Of a stretch of 64,000 nucleotides of DNA, positions 51,101 to 64,000 are shown one piece after another. The notes under the pieces were generated by a model. That model was not told the DNA's origin. It ran no database searches and was given only the letters and a program-made list of their open reading frames with translations. Each line of letters begins with the position of its first letter. Within the stretch, counting starts at the first letter, position 1. This DNA comes from Leptogorgia sarmentosa (lineage: Eukaryota): assembly GCA_964658305.1 (NCBI GenBank), contig OZ210884.1, forward strand, positions 1,550,001 through 1,614,000, read 5' to 3'. The position numbers were made by a program, and so were the translations under genes.

Positions 51101-54100
51101 GTGAAGGAGTTACGCAGGATGATATAGAAAAAGCAGCAAAAATTGCGAATGCGCATGATTTCATTATTCGCTTTCCAAAGGTAAAAGTGGATTTTTCTAT
51201 TACAGAATATTCTAGGTTTTCCCAAGTAATGGTGAAGCCTGAGTCAATTCTGGTCATTTCGCTCCTTAACAAGAAAATAATACGTGCCTGCCGCAACCCT
51301 TCGCCTAAATGACAGAGATGCAACTATATTTTCAGTACAGATGCCATATAGCTGGCTATAAGTCAAAACACACAAAGTCCTTCACAATCTTAATTCCTGC
51401 TAAATTATGCACCAATATTAAATTGATTATCTTGAAACACTCGGCCCTGAAATTGACGCTCCATTATATAATCAATAGACGCCCCAATTGAATCAATAGT
51501 TCTTTTTAATTAACCTACGAATCTTCTTGTGTCAATTTTTCCTTGAAGGGTTATGAGACATTGTGTGGTGAGCGTGGTACACACATGAGTGGTGGTCAGA
51601 AACAACGCATAGCCATAGCCAGAGCCTTGGTAGGAAATCCAAAGATATTACTGTTAGATGAAGCCACGTCGGCGTTGGACTCCCAAAGTGAAGCGGCCGT
51701 ACAGGCAGCCATTCGCAATGTAAGTGGGGCACAGAAGGGCCAAGAAAACTCAACCCTAACCCTAGCCATATTATATGCATGTAAGACGGTCGAAACACGG
51801 CCACGTTCGTAACAGATACGAGAGAATTTTTTAAGAATTTAATTATTCAGCAAATACGGAAATTACAGGAAAAGTACGATAAACGTATAACAAACGAGAA
51901 CGAATTCAACACTAATGTTATCCAAGGCTCGAGTTAGCTTGGCACATTAAACCCGTACGTCGCAAATCCACACTTAAGCAATCAATATAAATTCCTTATC
52001 CCACCATGTAGACTTTGGTAATAATATTGTCGACGTTAAACCATACTCCAATAGTGATTGCACATTAAACGAAAATTATGTGGAAAATATCTGCGCAATT
52101 TACGCAAAATTTAGCTAACTAGAACTAACTAGACTTATTTATCATCACCGGTCACTGTAGACTATAGACTATATTGCAGTAGCTATAATCTTGAACCAAT
52201 AAGGAATAATAATTTTGTTTTCCAATTTTCTTACAATTTAAGATGTCAAGCTTTCATAATTGCCTGGTTTTAAACAAGCAATGCACAATGCACAATGTAG
52301 CTAACGTTTTATTGACTTTTCAATATATTTCAACTAAAAAACAAGTCCAATGGAATTTTAGATTAAAAAAACACAGCAACTACTTGTAGTGTCTTTTGGG
52401 ACACATTTCATTTTAAATCTTGAAATTTATTTCCTGTCAGTGGGGGGTGTAACTGATTGACCTATTAAAGGAATACCGAATGATTTTCCGTGCAGGATTG
52501 CGTCATCCATGCACGCGGGATGTGCCGAGAATTTCGAAAAGCGTAAAAAATCACGAGCCGCAGGCGAGTGACTTTTAGCTTTTCGAAACTCAAGGTGGGC
52601 TCAAGCCACATCCCAAGTGCAAGTGGATGAGCTATCCTGCAAGGGAAAACATTTTTTCCGTTATTAGGCGAAACCCTTTTTTGTTGTTTTCAATAGAAAT
52701 TTGTGTTGTAGAACTTTCGTATTTTCACTTTTATTTTATTACCGACATTTTGAAAATCCCATGACTTGTGAGAATTATGCTCGTGAGTAAGCATTCAAAA
52801 TTTTCCGTGCAGGATACTGTCCAGTATTGTCTGATGCTGCACGGCTATTGACCAATCAAAATTGCGTGTATCACTGGAGTTATTAAATAATAGGTGTTTC
52901 GAGAGGATAATGTTTAATTGTCATTTTGATTTAGGCTGGTGAAGGACGAACCACGATCATAATTGCTCATCGACTCTCAACCATTCGTAACGCAGATATT
53001 ATTGCAGTTATGGATGAAGGACAAGTAGCTGAATTAGGAACACATGAGGAACTTATAGCATTAGAGGGACTTTACAGCAGCCTTGTGAAATTGCAGGTGA
53101 CCGTTTTTATCACGCCAACCTATCTTGCTTAAAAAGAAAATCAAACGATTTTGCACTAGTGTTTTCCCCAGCAACCTTGTATCAGTGGCGGCGGAAGATC
53201 CACATATAATTTTGGGGCTAGGATTCATATATTTGTGTTCACACACCTTGACAACAACTGATTTCAAAAGAAATTAGTAATACACAACACGAATATATGA
53301 ATATGTAATGTGAGCCCCCCAATTATCATAGATCTTCCGCCGCCACTGCCTTGTATTGCATGATCAGTATTTTTCTGCATAATATCTCTTTTGTTGTTTT
53401 TCTGCATTGTTATCGAATTCAAATGTTTAATAGCTTCTTTTTCATGTGCAACGAGTCTCGCAGCATCCGCAAAACTAGAATGCATGGTAGAATTGTCTGA
53501 CGAAACACACGCAATGCCAACTTCAACTTCGCAATGTTATATTTTTCCTCATTGTATGACATTTCGCAACCAAGCTTTGAAATTGTCATATTTGATATGG
53601 AAACCTCATTCGAGCCATCTGCTTATAGATTCCTTTTATCAATTTTTTTCAAATTTTACATAAAATGTTGAAGGTACTCTCAAAGCATTAATCCACAATT
53701 GACACGATAGCAAAAAAAGATGGAGGCATGTATTGCGGGTATTAAATATATATAGCTGAAAAAATATCTGTTGTATAGCTATTGGATGGAATTTTTAAGA
53801 ATAGTAAGAAAATAACTTGATGTATTCTGTCTGTTCTTCAAAAGGCGATAATCTGGTCTTTAAAACGATTTCGGCCGCAATGCGTTCTGGTAAAATGTAC
53901 ATGCCACCATCTCTTTTGCTATGGTCGACTATCGTGAAACGTTCATAATATTCTTTAAATGCAGGTAAATTGTGACGAAGACGTCGAAGAAGATGAGAGT
54001 AGTCTTGATGATGAACAGTTCTTTCAGATATCCGAGGATACATGTAAGTAATACTTCTGTACATGTAAGTTAATACTTCTATGCACCTGTGTATGTATTT

Positions 54101-57100
54101 GTATATTGGCGAAGCCAGTCCAACAATTCAATCATGCTATGCAATTTGGGATAATTGTCATTATTCATTTGTATAATTACTATTCGATTGTTTTCCATCC
54201 CACGAACACAGAAATTTTTGCATATAGCATAACCAGGGGATTCGTATTTTAGTACACATAAAGTTTCGTAGCAGATTTCATGCAGCTAAACTTGTTACTG
54301 GTCTTGACGTTCCATTTTTATCCAACCTCTGAAACGAAATTCAAATTTTATTAGTGAGTGTCAAGTTTTCAAGAATGAATTTTGTTTTTGTGAGAAATAT
54401 TCTTGGTAGCCCCAATAATATGATATATCTTTGACAAATTGAACCCTATCTGCAGTTAATTGTCTTAATAACGTGTGGGTTTTTGGCACCTTGTTTTGCG
54501 TGGTACATACATGAATGTAAGGCCTGTTTCAAACGTCGAACTTCAGTCGCGTCGAATGCAATTCAGACAAAGGATAACGAGCTGATAATGAGGCAAGCTA
54601 TCTCATTATCTATTGTTTTAATTGCATTCGACGCGACTAAAGTTCGACGTCTGAAACAGGCCTAAATCCGGTAACCACAACAATTAACCACATTTTAAGT
54701 AATAAGCGATAAACGATGAAAAGGTTACATAGCCATATACTGAAATATATGAAACATTGGAATGAGTTGTTCTTATTTCTTAGATCACAAATTCAACTCT
54801 GTTGCGTCCACAGTCGTCGAATCTCAAGCGAAAAGTTTTTTGGTAAGATATTCTGCATTCGAAAAGTTAAAAACAAGACAACAAAAATGGCTTCAGTAAA
54901 AAACATGCATGCAGCAGACCTATACCATTCATATCAGCAAAATGACGTCAATATGAAATTTTTTTTGACGCGTTTGCGCCATATCACCACGACGATGAGA
55001 GTTGACTCGCTGACGCCATTGTTATGAACACGAACAAAAACAATATGGCGCCGTCTATTCCCACACATTTGGACAAAAAATATTTAAAAAAACCTTGGAA
55101 AAATCAGAAAAGACAATAACTAAAAACTTCGACATGGATTGGAAGAATACTTGAAAAGAGAACGTAAGAAATTTCTTTATAGAGCAAAACAAGGTAATAT
55201 TTTTTGGAAGAATTTTACACGCTGGTGCGGAATTGAGTAATTATTTTAAATCATTAATATCAGTTTACCGTTTTGCGTTATCAACTTCAGCCTTTGGCAG
55301 CAATTGATAACGGCAACTTCGGGCTTGATAATTCTCCATATCGTGCTCAACCTCATTCAAAAATTGTTGAATATTAATATACTGTGGTCTGCTTGTTTGA
55401 ATTTCAAGGTTGACAACGTGAGCAATATCGAGCCAGTGTCTTTTACAAAAATATTGAAATGGAATGCTCCTGAGTGGAAGTTTTTGATCTTTGGCTGTAT
55501 TGGTGCCGCGTTGTATGGCGCTTATCCTTTTCTGTATGGTACAGCATTTGGCAATGTACTACATGTGAGTACAGTAACGCAACGATTACGTAATTCAACC
55601 TTTTTTTGTTGTGATAATTCACTGTTGTGATAGTTGTTTTTGAATAGATCCACCGCGCTGGTATAAATTCAGACCTTTTGCGAGTCCAGAAGTCGGATAG
55701 TTTATTATTTTAATAAATCAATTAATTACCAACGGCTGATTAAAACAATGGGATTGTAGTTTCATTCCCAATGAAGGTCTGAAACAATAAAACTACCGTC
55801 ATACATACCAACCGGTTTGCGGCAAATATTAGCAAGCTTGAGTTTCGTGCTTCGCTGTGATTGGTCAATTTTACCACATTGGAAAATGCGGATTATTTTT
55901 TTAAAAACTGCTAAAGGTTTTAAGCGAATATTATACCTCACAGCCACATTGTCCAATCAAAAGCTTATACATTTGTACCGCATGTCCATAACATTTTTTA
56001 GCGAATACGATGCTATGGGTACTTTATACCCTTCGTTTTTCTCCGGGGCATGGTGTTCGACTTTGAAATACCTCGAACGGGGTATTCGACTTTGAAATAT
56101 CCCGCTCGTTATTGCTCGCACAAATTAAATATGACGGAAGCCGTACATGTCGGGGACGAGGAAGTTTAGTTTTTGTATTTTTGTTCGGTATAATATAATA
56201 GTTACATACCTGCATCTCGGGTATTCGAAACCGCTCAATTTGAACAAACAAGAACAGAAGCAATTATGGTAGAGCCAAACATTTGCCGTCAAGCCGGTAC
56301 CAATGAAATGTAGGAGACATCAGACAGGATCATAGGACAACTTATATTATTCGATAAACGTTTTAATTCGTCGTAGACATTGAGATTCAATCCGCGAATT
56401 GACGAAGAAAACGATGCGATGGGGAGGGAGGCACAACACTGGGCCATTTTCTTTTTTATCATTGGAGCTGAGAGCGGCCTGGGGATATTCCTACAGGTAA
56501 AGCCAGTTATAAGAGTCTGTCGAAATTGAAAAAACGCAAGTGTACTGTCAAAGTTTACTGTTGCATAGTTGTAATAATTATAAAGTTGTTTGCTATTAGA
56601 AATATTTAATAACCAGTCGCCAAAGGGTGGATGATTAGAAGCTCATAAGTATCCACTAAAGCCCATTTTGCTCTCCATTATTTCGCTGCAGGCGGAGAAA
56701 AACTTTGACGCGAAAATAATATTTTTACGTTCATTCGCCAGTGAAGATAGTCGTTACGCCTCTCTATATAGTAGTTGAAAATGTTCAACTTTTGTTATAC
56801 CTTTCACTGATGGCGCGAAAGAGCAAAATTATTAAAGGAATTAAATTTTTCGGCGGCGAAATACGTGAGGGGAAAATGGGCTTAATCCGCCTAGCGGCCA
56901 AGCAAATTTTTCAAAGACAATTATGCTAAGAGATTAGCGACGTTTTGTACTAAGTACATAAAAACAAACATTATCAGATTTCAAGTCTGAAGCAACTTTT
57001 GAGCGACGTTTTTGGTTTTTAGCAACTTTCGATCAATATAATTAAGTGAACATTTAGAACGTCTATAGAACCTCTGAGTAAGCAACACCATGAATATCAC

Positions 57101-60100
57101 ACAAATACGAAGCACATTCTTCTTGTTTTTTTCAGAGTTGGTGTTTTTCATCTGCGGGTGAAGCTTTGACTAAAAGACTGAGAAAAGCAGCCTTTTCTGC
57201 CTTTCTACGACAGGTATGTAATTTTCGACTTCAATCGGGTCAGTAAAGTGGAAAAATAACTGCAATAAGTCCATGTACGTTGTCGGATATGAAACCCAAA
57301 GGAATGAAAACCCCAAGAAACGAAACGGTTTGGCAACGTTATTCACGAAATATATTATTGAGTTTCAATTAAAAATTACTAATTTTAATAATTTAATTCT
57401 AATCTGTTGCGAATTTCAATAACATAAGTTTAACCTTGTACACTGACCAATTCTTGGAAAGTTGGTAACGTGACCAATTCCTGTAATTAACATTTCCTTC
57501 TTTGAAAAACGTCCCGTTATTTTTAAAGGACATGGCGTACTTCGACAACCCTGAGAACGGAACAGGAACGATCTGCTCGCGGTTAACAACAGAAATATCT
57601 TCGATTCAGGGAGTAAGCTTGTAATATTATAGTTGGTTTCTGCCTGTATGTTGCTATATCTAACTTGAACAATTATACAGAAAAGAAAAATAAGAAGGAA
57701 ATGGCAGAATAGAAAGATAGCCCAAATTGTGAAGTGGGAAATGAACGGAAGAGAGAAAATAATGAACTGAAAAGTTAGAATGGATGGAGGATGGAAAATT
57801 CTATGCACGAAAAACTGGAAAAAAGATAGTCAAATGAAGTAGCTGAGGAGTATGGTTAACGATCTTGGTTGAAGAGCAAGGTTAAGGCGTGCGATTGAGG
57901 AGTATGGTTGAGGAATATGGTTGAGGAGCGTGGTTGAGGAGCATGGTTGCAGGAATGCGAGGGAGGAGCATGGTTGACCAGCATGGTTCAGGCACAGTTG
58001 AGGCTATGTTGAGGTATGGTCAAGGCATGGCTAACGTGTGGTTAAGCATTGTTAAGGTTTGATCGGGGTATGGTTAAGATATGGATATCAATAACACTCT
58101 GCATGAAAAACGTTTTCTATTTTTTGAAAAATCAAAAATTTTGAACATTTTCTTATTTCTCAAAACAGAAGCAACATGAAATAAATTGAATTTAACAACT
58201 GTTATTTCGTTAAAATTACTGTTGGTTTGTGCTTTATGAAAATACTAGCTCGTTTGTTCTCGTTTATTTAAAGAACATTTCATGATGCGTGTTTTCAATA
58301 GGCAACAGGCCCTCAGCTTGGATTGGTTGCTTCAGCCCTATTGACGATAATCGGTGGTTTAATCGTTTCATTCAGTGCTTCCTGGCAGATTACTTTGACA
58401 ATGGTGACGTTTATTCCAATTGTTCTCGTCGCTGTGGTGCTGATTAATTACTTCCTTGGTGAAAATGACTGCAGCGAAGCTGGTTCTAGCTGCGCAAAGG
58501 TTTGTATCCGATTGATTTTTATTCATTGAAATACATCACCGGCGGTCTTATAAATGCATAAAATTACGCGTGCTCTCTCCAAAGCCCTCAATTCAAAATC
58601 GTGTAACATTTATTATTTATTGAAAGGTGAGGAGTGTACAATTTAATAATTTTTTTTAGTATTTTTTTAAGACGTGACCTTTGATTAAGCATATTAGACA
58701 TGAAGGCCAGGAATAGGGAGAAAAGAAGCTCAAAATAAATAAAATTGAGGTTACGTCTTGATCGACAAACCGCGACCGAAACTTGAATAGTGGATTCGTC
58801 TCTTCGCTGCAAAATATTTCAAGAATTAGAAAAGCAAGATAGGAAAAACTGTAAGACCTTGAATGGGTGTAATACTTTTTTCAAATACGGCTAATAGCAT
58901 GACAGAGTATGCCCTCATTCCTTACCCTTCACATGCATTATTAAATATATTTTAAAGAAACACGTCTCACGTATAGAATTATGTTTCTCACTTTCGCACA
59001 TACCCATAGGCGTACAAGACGGCGGGGGGGGGGGGGGGGGGGGGGAACTGCCTGGAGTTAGTTTACGGCAATCCAGAGCTTCAAAATGTTCAAAATTTTC
59101 TCGCTCAGCGCCAACCATGGTGGCGCTCGTGAGATTCGCTACCCTCAAAACCGGGCAACGATATCGATCTTCCTGCCCCACTGAAAAAGTGTCCCCGTAT
59201 TCCCATGCACGTACCCACTAGGATTTCAAGGCTTTCTACATCCGCTTCTCTCCCAAGCACGCTGTTTAAGCACAACGATACCGCGTGTAATTTTAGTAGG
59301 TTGTAATTTTCATGACATACCTTAAAATTTCAGAACCATTCAGGAATAACTTTTTCCTTGCAATAGAATATTGTTATTAAAGCCAGATATCCGTGCAATT
59401 CTTTTGAGCGCATTAACTTCATTTTCAGGTGATCGAGGAATCGTTTGCCAACATTGAAACTGTCGCAGCTTTTAATCGTGAAAGCGAATGTTTCACCAAG
59501 TATCACGAAGCAGCAAAGACAATGCATAGGTATACTACTATTTTATACGTTATTGTTTATCATTATGTCAGTGACGGTTTTATTCTATTTATCACAATAC
59601 GCCATGTTTGGTTTCTGCCAATTCCAGTTTTATGAAGTCTATCGGCCCTACTTATAGAATTGTATGGCTTTACACAGGTTATTGACAGACATAATAAAAT
59701 AAGCCGTAAAAAGACGGCAAACCATCATGCATGCTTAGCTATATGGCGAAAAATTCTCACTTTTGAACGTCTTCGCTCTGTAAACTACAGTATAATAGTT
59801 TTCACTGCACCTACATCAATATTGACTTGATCACAATGTTGTGATTACAATAAAGGATAATTGCAATCCCACGGGAGATTTAGGCGACGTCGTCATTCTG
59901 ATTTCAACGTAGAATTTTTATAAATGCTGATAGTTGGGTTCCAAATCCGAACGAAACTCATGCAGACGCGTTCAATATTGGTGTTAAAATGCAAATTCGA
60001 ATTCAAGGATTGAAAAGTTCATGTTCTCACCATCGCGCTCTTTTCATCACATTCATTTCATTCCGACAACCTTTTCCAGACCGAGTGTCCGATCAGGAAT

Positions 60101-63100
60101 GGAAATTGATTAAACTCAATCCGAATTAATTTACACAAGTTTCCAGGCAATGCATTATGGATTTCATGTGAAACGGAATGAGTTCGATGAAGCCTAGATC
60201 ACAATACAGATTTAGACTACTTTTACACAACACCGGAGCAAAAAAGTGACTGTATAATCTGATTGCCTTTACACTGTCCCGTTTGAATTCCGATCGGTTA
60301 TTATCACTCTGCATAAAACAAGAAATTGCTAACCCAAAATAATGTCTTTCCACCTAACACTATTAATATAGCGAAATATTTACGGCGACATGGTTCACAC
60401 AACGCCATGTGCCACTCCGTTTTCGCCCGACCACATTTAGAAGCGTAGTTGTACCACCACGGCAAAGTGACGTTTTTGAACAAATCCGCTCCGGACCAGT
60501 ACCCCGTTTTGTTATTCTTTTGCGCGGAATTGTGTAAACGTATAGTGTTATGTAAATACCTCCTAGTGTACGTTTTGTTCACGATGTCTTTCAATTTGTT
60601 TTCAGAAAAGCAAGAAAGACCTGCCATCATGCAGGAGTTGTTACAGGAACCCTAATGGCGATTGCTAACTTCAGTTTTGCTGCAGCATTCCGTGTTGGTG
60701 GTTATTTAGTAAGCGAAAAAGAAGTTACACTGAACGATATGATGACGTGAGTGATCGTGAATATCAATTTAACAATTAGCCTTGAAAGTTTGCTTTTCAG
60801 TACGTTTTTTTAGCCTGTTTCCAACCAACAATCCGCAAGGCATCTATAAACTGTTGGAAGGGGCATAACACACACAGTAGGAAGGGCTTTATGAGTTACT
60901 AAAATCGACGAATATAAATGAAGCTTGATTATTTTTAACAAAATATCCCCAAAGTTGTTTACACAAGTGGTTCTATACAAGGGCCGCGGAACAGGGGGGG
61001 GGGGGCACTGAGGCACGGTGCCCCCCCCCCCACCCACTTTTTGTACAAAGGGTGAATGTGCCCTGTTTTTGAAAGTAAAGTGCCCTTTTTCATCCGTGCC
61101 CTTTTTGGATTGTGCCCCCCCCACTTTTGAGGTGCTTCCGCGGCCCCTGGTTCTATATCTTATGATTCGAGACGCAGTGTATTCAATTGTCCCTCCTAAC
61201 TATCATGTTATTTATGCATATTTTGCGGTCATATATGTTGATATATCTTTGTGGAAACCTTTGGGTAATACGCATTAAATCCAATACACCCTTTTGGAAA
61301 GCATACATTTTAATTAATCCATATTTAAAATTCAACTTATTTTATTTTGACTGACAAAAATGAAACAAAGATAGTAGATAAGCTTCCCAAAGGGTTACTG
61401 TGTACACTACGTATATAAGTTACAAAGGTAATGTTGGGGTACTTTTTACGTTTACAGAGCAATATTCACTGTGGTGCTCTCTGCAATTGTTGTTGGTCAA
61501 GTTGTTTCCGTGACACCGAGCTACGGAAAAGCAAAAGTAGCTGCAACCAGATTATTGAAGCTTTTAGAACGGATACCGTCGCTTGATTCTTATTCAGACG
61601 ATGGTAAAAAGCCGGTACGTATTTATATTCACTAGCGTGTCAGTTTATTATTGCAACATTGACAACAGGAATAATAGCTTGAATGGCTAAATTTTGTATC
61701 GCAAATGGTTAGTTTGTTGTGTTCAGTTGTTGACATTAAACTACAGCGGGGAAGAAGGGGGTTTAATATTATTAATGGTTTTCGTGTTATGCTCCACGGA
61801 TTTCTTTTAAATAAACTTAAAAACAATTAACTGATTTCAAAAAGAATTCATCGGGCAGGATGTACTGATATATGAATATCCACCCTCCGGCCTCCAATTG
61901 ACGGTCCAGTTTCGCCTCTTTTGAACTTGTCGATTCCCGCGAATGCGCACATGATTGCGTCATCGCAACGGGAATATGGTAAACATAACGTTTTGTGGAC
62001 TGGCACGTGATATGGTTTTGTTTTTTGGTTTTCTCGCAAAGCAAGAAAATTCAACTACGACACTTGCTATATAACAATGTCGGCTTTTGTCTTACAGAGT
62101 GAATGCTGTGGAAACCTATCCCTATCCAACGTTGTATTCAGATATCCAACACGATGTAGTTATAAAGTGTTACGTCATTTTTATATGAAGATCCAATCGG
62201 GGCAGACTGTAGCCTTGGTAGGCTCAAGTGGTTGTGGAAAGACCACATTATTGTCACTTGTTGCGCGATTTTATGACGTCAATAGCGGAAATGTGGTAAG
62301 CAAGTATTTATAATTACATACATAGTGTTCTGCTGTCGCGATAGCAATGACGTATAATAAAATTTGATTTAATTTTTTATTTCATTTCACTATTGCGGTT
62401 AATAACTTCCTAATTAAAGTTCAATTAGCAACAAAAATCCTATTTTTCATTTGAAAGGAAGTCTACAAAGAACTTCAGGTCTTATTGCAATTTTTTCATA
62501 TCCTGTTGAAAGTTTTCGTTCGACTGAAAAACTGTTTTGTCTTCCGACTTGGAATTAAGTCCTAGTCTCATTATTAACTATTGTTCAGTTTGTTCTGATC
62601 ACCTCATGGCGTTAGCTTTATGTGGAGAAAGCGTTCCTTTTGAATTTTCTTCGTTAGTCAGAAGTAAGTAAGTCCTCAGTCAGAAGTAAGCAAGCCGTTG
62701 TAAAACCTCATTGAAGACATTAAGATGACCACATGATAACGAAAGGTGACCACAAGTAAATATATGTTATTTACCGGCTGGGAAGTTCAGATAGAAACAT
62801 ATTTTGTCGAGGTCTCATATTTTGTCCAGATTTTTCTATCCGGACCGACCTAAAGGATAAATACCGGATTTGTCTTTTCTTTTTTAATTCACATGTTACT
62901 ATAGGGATCTCACTCTTTGTATTGACCTAAAAAATTCGTATTGTAACTGTTATGGGCATCCTACATATATTCGCAGGAATATTTGCAATTTTATGCTAGT
63001 CAGAATAGCGAGCAAATTTTTTTACGGTTTTAAATTTCTAAGCAGCCAATCAGGTTCTAAAAGAATTACGAAACAATGTCGGTTCAATGTATTCAATTTC

Positions 63101-64000
63101 AACGGAATAAATTTTCCATTAAATCTACCAAAATATGTAGCCGGGAGCTTTATGTGTAGCTCGAAATTTTTAATAGAATTTACAATTTGTTGGGAGAGGT
63201 GGGAATTATAATCCAGGTCATGAAGGTAGAAATATCCAGGGTTCTGACCATAATAAGGAGCATGCAACCGCGTACTGTTTCTTGGGGCTTTTCTGCTAGT
63301 ACCAACTACCAACTCCCGCTGGTGCAGGAAAATATTGGACCTAAACTTTACCAGTTACAGCTGGAGTTCTCCAGGAAACTAAGTTAGCCCCGCGGTTGTT
63401 CGTTGTTATGTTCCAGGATATTCCAACCTCAAAATTGTAGAGATATCTTCATGGCACGTCATGAGGATGGTTACTATCAGTGGCGTAACGCAACCGCTGC
63501 TAGCTCCCAGTACACGGCCCTTTGTACCCTACCCCTACCCCCACCGCCCCCCAGCTTTGCTTCATTAAAAATAATAATATAGGTTCAATTTACAACTTCT
63601 GGCTACACAATGGCGATCTTGACTAACTTTGCACGTATTTGTTTGACTTGCAAGCCACGCAGCATTGTTTCTTTGTTGTTTGTCGTAAAATTATAATATA
63701 ATATCATTAAATAAGCAACCCAGCAACCGCTAGCTTCCAATCTGTCTGTTTTTCGTAGTGCAATTCCCCAGAAATTTGCTCTCAGTAGGGTAACAGTTGT
63801 CGGGTTCCCCGTCACATGACGCCCTGACACCCTCCCGTTACGCCAATGGTTACTACAGTATATGATCATGATGCGTGTTTCTCTTTAGCGTATTGACGAC
63901 AATGATATCAAAAATCTAAATTTAAAATGGCTGAGAAATAAGATTGCTGTAGTATCACAAGAACCAGTCTTGTTTGAAATGACTATCAGAGACAACATTG
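42193..64000 (+). CDS. ABCB1: ABCB1/P-glycoprotein-like full ABC transporter, multi-exon, 3' end beyond the window; TM3-TM4 exon not found
   Basis: GT-AG exons, phase-consistent except across the gap: 42193-42272, 44727-44769, (44896-44937), 45921-46300, [gap], 47515-47639, 47724-47840, 48475-48529, 49777-49893, 50450-50560, 50689-50814, 50977-51180, 51549-51719, 52935-53096, 53965-54043, 54784-54842, 55409-55564, 56377-56496, 57136-57213, 57529-57612, 58302-58499, 59429-59529, 60606-60746, 61458-61614, 62098-62295, 63889-end. NBD1: [35 protein letters not shown]2: [13 protein letters not shown]. Symbol denotes family, not proven orthology. Confidence 0.92.
44716..45041. repeat. ~170-bp tandem duplication containing ABCB exon 2
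   Basis: attttgcaggg...ctggtaagcattttt...gatatgaatggcttta occurs twice. Confidence 0.92.
53183..53348. mobile_element. hAT-like MITE
   Basis: TIR cagtggcggcggaagatc ... gatcttccgccgccactg; exact 8-bp TSD ccttgtat. Confidence 0.9.
54520..54663. mobile_element. Palindromic MITE
   Basis: aggcctgtttcaaacgtcgaactt ... aagttcgacgtctgaaacaggcct. Confidence 0.75.
57844..58080. repeat. Degenerate 13-bp minisatellite (gaggagyrtggtt)
   Basis: gaggagtatggtt gaggaatatggtt gaggagcgtggtt gaggagcatggtt, decaying on both sides. Confidence 0.75.
59005..59207. mobile_element. hAT-like MITE
   Basis: cataggcgta ... tattcccatg; TSD cacatacc / cacgtacc (1 mismatch). Confidence 0.65.
60978..61149. mobile_element. 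hAT-like MITE
   Basis: caagggccgcggaa ... ttccgcggcccctg; exact 8-bp TSD gttctata. Confidence 0.88.
63478..63848. mobile_element. hAT-like non-autonomous element
   Basis: cagtggcgtaacg ... cgttacgccaatg; TSD gttactat / gttactac. Confidence 0.75.

Noticed and set aside
51585..51599. MSGGQ as a degenerate ABC signature
   Set aside because: An M-for-L variant is common in ABCB-type NBDs, and the other catalytic motifs are intact.
57214..58301. Apparent second missing ABCB exon
   Set aside because: Found on closer reading at 57529-57612 ([28 protein letters not shown]).
1..64000. Terpene cyclase, PKS/NRPS or horizontally acquired bacterial genes
   Set aside because: No long ORF with DDxxD/NSE or KS/A-domain motifs and no operon-like region is visible in the window.

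Overview
Eukaryotic, AT-rich, intron-containing and MITE-dense animal DNA. The gene and repeat style suggests a cnidarian, plausibly an octocoral (inference only). No prokaryotic features, rRNA or CRISPR. Gene content from left to right: a tandem ~1.3-1.4 kb duplication carrying broken GPCR-like fragments; a spliced multi-pass membrane protein (-); a clan-2-type cytochrome P450 with an intronless CDS (-); a 108-aa secreted prepropeptide predicted to release a disulfide-cyclised, C-amidated 15-mer MLICSRRPRPYCDIV-NH2 (+); two intact MFSD8-like transporters (-) with a chimeric, deleted third copy between them; and a multi-exon ABCB1/P-glycoprotein-like gene (+) running off the window end. The ABCB gene has an N-terminal ERTPLL dileucine motif, a tandem-duplicated mini-exon whose 1-nt loss makes it frame-neutral, and no detectable TM3-TM4 exon. 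A 3-kb P-element (34-bp TIRs, 8-bp TSD, THAP start exon, nested 7-bp-TSD MITE) sits next to the putative first exon of the first MFS gene. The most interesting hypothesis is a co-located chemical defence/detoxification module (P450 + peptide + MFS x2 + ABCB). Only co-location supports it, and no scaffold-forming enzyme such as a terpene cyclase is visible in the window.
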